Assembly: GCA_043228905.1 (NCBI GenBank)
Contig: JBHGNT010000009.1
Coordinates: 7,068,001 to 7,132,000, forward strand
Direction: 5' to 3'
Source: Azolla caroliniana
Taxonomy: Eukaryota; Plantae; Polypodiophyta
DNA length: 64,000 nucleotides
The notes under the pieces were generated by a model. The model saw only the letters and a program-made list of their open reading frames with translations, did not search any database and had not been told where the DNA came from. Below, one piece after another: positions 58,660 to 64,000 of this stretch. The position numbers and the translations under genes are program-made. Position 1 is the stretch's first letter; the number at the start of each line of letters is the position of its first letter.

Positions 58660-61600
58660 ACAGGAAGAAACCTCTCGGAGCAAAACAAGTAGGAATCGGT
58701 CCGAATGGGGCATCCACGTACACGGCCGTAATCGGAGGAATGAAGAAAGAATACCGAAAAGTGGAGGATAAGTTACGGTCAGCATCAATAATAAAAGAAG
58801 ACGAAGAAATCGTGGAAATAATCGAAGAATTGTTCTATGGGAGCACGCTACAACGGCTTGAAGAGCTCGCGGAAGATACAAGCTAGGGAATCCGGGTAAT
58901 TCCGGTGGAATCGATTGAGATGTACGAGATCATTGCGAAAATGGGGCCGGATGCGCTCCGCAAAGAAGAAGCAATGGTAAGTACGAAATACAAGACCGTG
59001 GAGAAGAAGGTGAAACCGGCCGCGGGACCGTTACCCGCCGATAGCGAACAAAAGAGGAAAGAAGTCTCGGGGGATCCGACACTTCGGAAGTCCATGGATA
59101 TCGGACATGCCTTCATGGATGAGACCCGGAAGAAACTTAGGATCGGTGGAGGTGGGTTCCTATTAACTTCGGATCTTCACGATTGACCATGTGCCGTGGA
59201 ACCTGAAGCCGATTCCAGTGCCACGGGCGCATATTCTGAAAATCATCGACTTGCTCAAGGAGAAGGTGGCGATGGGGATTCTAGAGCCATCAAACGCTCC
59301 GTACTCAAATCGATGGTTTACGGTTCCGAAGAAGAATAGGTCACTCCGATTTATCCAAGACTTGCAACTGGTGAACAAGGTCACGATCTGGAACTCCGGA
59401 GTCGGTCTGATAGTGGACGAATTTGCAGAAGCATTTGCCGGTCGTGTGATATACTCCATCGGAGACCTATACTCGGGGTATGACCAATTCCAACTTAGTA
59501 GCCGTGGAGAGCCGAGACATCACTACCATGCGAACACCGATAGGATTAGTCCGGATGTGTACGCTACCACAAGGCGTGACGAACTCGGTTGCACATATGA
59601 TGAATGCAATGAACAAGGTGCTTCGAGACTGCATTCCGGAGATAATGATGTCGTTCCTAGATGACATTCCGATGAAAGGATGCGTGGTAGAAGAAAAAGA
59701 TGAAACTATGGATGATCGAGGATGCCGAAAGTTCATAGTCGACCATATTCGCGATTGCGAAAAAGTGCTTCGAAAGTTAGAAGATGTGCACCTAACACTT
59801 TCCGGGGAGAAATCGGCATTCGGGCAAGATGAAATATTGGTAGTCGGACATCTATGTGGGCCCTACGTCCAAAGATCATCACCGACCAAGATCGATGCAG
59901 TTCAAGCTATGAAAGAAATATGCGAGTCACAATCCGAAGTCCGAAGGTTTCTCGGAGCATGTGCATTCTACCAAATATGGATTCCGCACTATATTTCGGA
60001 CCCACTCTATCACTTGTTGCGGAAGGGTAAGAAGTTCGAATGGAAAACGGAGCATACCAAAGCCGTGAAGAAGCTCAAGAAATCACTATGGAGGGCAAAA
60101 GCACTAAAGAAGCCGAACTATGACCGACCGATCATAGTAACGGTTGACACAAGTCCAACCGGAATCGGATGGGTCATCAATCAAGCCGATCCGGATGGTT
60201 CGCGATATCTGATCCGATTCGGAGCAAAGGTTCTCAACGAAAGGCAACGTGGATATGCACAAGTCAAAAGAGAATTATGGGGAGTCGTGTCGGCAATTAA
60301 ATCGGATTGAGATTATTTGATCGGAGCCAAAGTAGTGATCAAAACGGATTGTCTTCCGATTCTAGGGATGATGCAGTGTTGCACAATACCGGATGTGGCT
60401 ATGCTAAGATGGATTGCATATGTTAAGTCACTTAATCCGGAGGTACGACACATCTCCGGAAAAGACAACGCGGTAGCGGATATGCTATCAAGGGCGCGGT
60501 TCAGAGATGACATAACCGAATCCGATAATGAAGAAGTTTCCGAAGACTAATTTGCTTCGGAGCACATATGCCGGGTGAACGTAATCCGAGAATTCCGGGA
60601 AGAAGAATACGAGGGAGAAAGCTTGTTGATCGGGAAAGTGCTACAAGAAATCGAGGAATCATCGGACAATAAAGAGAAGAGAGCCGAGATCCGAAGTAAG
60701 AAGCGGCAAGTCTGAAAGTTCTTCTTGAAAAATGGATTAATATGGAGGGAGCCGAAAAGACCGGATGGCATACCACTTCGGGTAGTCGGGACGAAAGACC
60801 AACGAAACCGGATAATGTCCGAATTTCACGAATCCGATTGGGCTGGACATCGAGGAACATGGGCAACTTTTGTGAAAATCAAACAAAAATATTGGTGGAA
60901 AACGTGTTCTGCAGTATGCCAATTTCTTTTGGAGGTGTTTTGCAGGTACGGGTGCGTAGGACAAGTGATTGCGGATCAGGGAGAACTCGACTCTGATAAA
61001 GCTAAGGAATTCTTCAGCAAACATGGAGTTCGGTTAACACTAACAACGGCATACAATCCGGAAGCCAACGGGAAGATCGAACAAGGACATAGTCCGATCG
61101 TCAAAGCACTTGCGAAGGCATGCGATGGAAGGGTGAAGGATTGGTTGCAGATGCTTCCGTATGCACTATGGGCGGATCGGATGACGCATAGCTCTGTAAC
61201 CGGTTACATGCCGGCAGAACTCATGACCGGACAAGCATAGGTAATGCCAACGGAAACCGCGATCGCGACATGGACAGTGCTACCGTGGAAGGAAGAGATG
61301 AGCTAGGAAGAACTACTAACGGTTCGGATACGACAACTAGAGGGAAGACCGGAAGACATAGCGGAAGCAATACACCAACAACAAGAAGCGCGATTCCGGA
61401 ATAAAAGTCGGTTCGACACAAAGCACCGACTACGACCGTGGAAGATTGAAGAAGGAGATTGGGTGATTGTCTATGACAGTAGTTTGGATCATCAACATAC
61501 AACGATGCGGAAGTTCGTGAAAAGGTGGTTCGGGCCATACGAGGTTCAGAAAGTTTTCGACAACGGAACTTACCGACTATGTGAGTTAGATGGAACGATG

Positions 61601-61857
61601 CTACGAGTGCCTATAGCCGGGAAACCGGTGAAGATTTTCAAGAAGCGGAATGATGAAGGACCCTATGTGATCCTAGACAAGACCGATAAGAAGGAGCAAT
61701 CGAACGAAGATCGCGGTGATGCGGAAAGCGAAGAAAGTGGATTACAACTCATAGTCAACTTAAGGGGAGAATCGGAGGAAGCTTCAAATGAAGGTGAATA
61801 GCAAGCATCGGGGACTTTGGCACATACCGGAGGATGTGTGGGTTCAGAGGGGGCGAG

Positions 61858-62587
61858 TGTCGTAGTGTGAATCACACACTACGTGAAATATGTAAAATAC
61901 TATATCTGATTTAAAGTACGTATAATAAATAAAATAAAATATTAAAAATATTCATTACGTGCATAGGGTAGGATTTGAACCCTATACCTCCACGTAGACA
62001 AACCCCAACCTTACCATTGTACTAACTTATCCTAAGTGTTCTAAAATAGATTTAATATGTATAAGACCTTTTTTTACGCTTACCTTTATTAAAAGATAAG
62101 TCATGCATTTTTTAGAATGCGTGAATACTTTATTTATAAGAAAAATGTACACCAATAAAAAATGACTCGTGCACATCTAACAAGCATGAGTACTATATTT
62201 AGGAAAACAAAAGCATAGTGTAAAAAGGCAACTCATGCACATTTAGAGTGGAGGAACACTTTAGAAAAAGCATGAAGCTATGCTTAGCCTCTTCCATCCT
62301 TATATAAGGAGGAGAGAAAGATGTATGGAGGGTTGTTGCTTATTTTACAAGGGTGGATTAATATAATATAATAGTGGGATTCACGAATTTGCTAACTATT
62401 TTTTTTTCTCTTAATCTGAGTACTCACTAATACACTATACTCGTGGGATTCACGAGTTTTTCATATCTTTCTTTCTTACAACATATTTCATATTCTTCAT
62501 TGCCTTAGAATTTCCTTTTCTCCTAGTCCAAAACCTCAATGGTTCCCGCTCGACTCACGCAACGATTCGGAGCCGAAAGGCACGACA
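61858..62587 (+). repeat. gypsy 3' LTR
   Basis: Follows AGAGGGGGCGAG PPT; TGTCG...CGACA ends. Confidence 0.93.
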
Positions 62588-62591
62588 ACGT

Positions 62592-63051
62592 TGTCGTGAA
62601 GATTTTCGATAATGGTGTGAAAATCACATAAGACGTACGAAATTAAGTGTCAATCATATAAAATAATAATAGTTAATATACTAATTCTAAGTAAGTTTAA
62701 TATCTTAGTACAAAAGACGAAGTTCTTGAAGAGATGCACTTTACTACATAAGAAACGGACATCTAAGTGTCAACTTATGTGGGGAAGAAGCTGCGAAAGA
62801 AAAAGAAAAAATTGTGAGATATCCCACATAGATAGAACGAATAAGGCTCTCACCATATATAAGGTAGAGCAAAAGTTATTATCTTTGTGTCTATGTGTGG
62901 AGCATAGAGAGTTCAAGGTAACTTGAACTAAGAGTGGAGGTGGCCTAGCCACTCGTTAAGGTTTTTGGCCAACGAAAACTGAACTGGACGGTAACCGGCG
63001 ATCGGTGATCTGGCGAGGTGGTATTCGGCATCCGACGGGGACCGCGGAGGA
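62592..63051 (+). mobile_element. truncated gypsy LTR, related to the solo LTR at 42926-43553
   Basis: Starts TGTCGTGAAGATTTTCGATAATGGTGTGAAAATC; TATATAA at ~62856; no CGACA end found. Confidence 0.6.
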
Positions 63052-64000
63052 CGGCTGAAACCGAGTAGTGGATGGCTTTCACATGCCGTGCCACGGCTTC
63101 TTCTATTATCCTCTTCATGCCACCTCGTCCGAAATTCGCGTTAAGCAATCTTTGTGTGTCGGTCACATGTATCCAGCCATTCGAAAGATAGACTACAATA
63201 CTTCTGAGCGCTTCATCGAGGTCAGTGCAATCTCTCCGTGAATGTCTAGTGGCGTCGCACCATATGCACCTCTGATTGGCCGGCAGTCGTCGGTCGCGCG
63301 ACTAACCCTCGTCGCTTCGCCGGGCCTGGGCAATCTGGAGGTCGCGCACCATCCTTGTCAGTTCTTCTAGTCCTGCGCCGCTTGCAGGCCCCCCGACTAT
63401 GTTCGCTAGGGTTGAGCCTGGCTCGAGCCACCTCCTCGTTTCTTCCATTCGTGTCGGTGTCGGCTCAGCTCTGGTTTCGACAGCTGGTCCGGCCGGCGAG
63501 GACCCCCTTTCTTTCCAATATCAGTGTTTTTCAATCGTATTGCATACTTCTTTGACGGTCGCCTAGTCAGTCGTGAGACCTCGGTTGGTTTCCAGAAGAA
63601 GGTCCACGCTTTCCCGGACACGTGAGTCAAACGACATAACGAAAAATAGGACTTTGCTCATTTCGAGCATGGTTTGGTCCAATCTAGAGAGCCGCATGAA
63701 CCGTGACTCAAACTCCTGGAGCAGTGCCAAAGCGTTCTGACCCTTGTCGGGGTTGTTGACCCAATCCATAAAGTCCTTTCTCGATAGCCAGAGTGAGTCT
63801 TCATAGTCGTATCTTTCGAGAACTTCCTCCGCGAACTCCGCCCAATCACAGTAGCCCGCTTGTATTTCGGTCATCTCCCTATGGATGTGTGGTGTCATGA
63901 CCCGAGGAAACCCTGTCAGCAGTCTATCCTCGGGTATATTCCTCATCTTCATTTTGGATTTGTAGGCCTCTAAGTAACTTGTGGGGTCTTTCCCACTGAA

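Larger units (their letters stand above)
55824..62587 (+). mobile_element. Ty3/gypsy (Phygy/Ylt1-like) element with both LTRs, degenerate, nested in the gag of the minus-strand gypsy
   Basis: 730-bp LTRs 55824-56553 and 61858-62587; TSD ATGT/ACGT; PBS 56558; gag ~56620-58180, PR 58204-58605, RT-RH 59191-60550, INT 60725-61801 with a deletion at ~60900. Confidence 0.92.
50538..64000 (-). mobile_element. Ty3/gypsy (Phygy/Ylt1-like) element running off the window: 3' LTR 50538-51295, internal 51296-55823, gag resumes ~63052-64000
   Basis: INT 51369-52391; RT-RH 52590-54041 (FLDD); protease 54790-55416 (LIDHGSEIN); gag reads ...HYSVSA | IGEKAAKPYSNPGFWP across the nested inserts. Confidence 0.88.

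Overview
Gene-free, heterochromatin-like plant DNA made almost entirely of nested retrotransposons. The host is probably a non-seed plant such as a moss; this is inferred from the element types, not demonstrated. Three LTR groups are present: (i) Tnt1/Tork-like Ty1/copia, including one young intact copy at 21755-27482 (-) with a single 1357-aa ORF and a CATAG TSD; (ii) a second copia group ('copia-B', LTRs starting TGTTGAG..CAAGCTCAAC); (iii) chromodomain-less Ty3/gypsy elements (Phygy/Ylt1-like) with a tRNA-Trp PBS and 4-bp TSDs. The most unusual items are: a Penelope-like RT element with no detectable GIY-YIG endonuclease at about 39496-42270, inserted with a target deletion; a conserved G_GAU_UUU_UAG slippery site plus predicted pseudoknot that puts a -1 frameshift between protease and RT in two divergent gypsy copies; antisense tRNA-like Pol III A/B-box cassettes in gypsy LTR U3 regions; a CpG-centred (MCGK) gypsy target site; a 4x213-bp array of LTR end, PBS and leader; and an apparent Gag capsid swap in the intact copia. 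No host gene or true RNA gene could be supported. Lineage names come from motif recognition only; no search was run.
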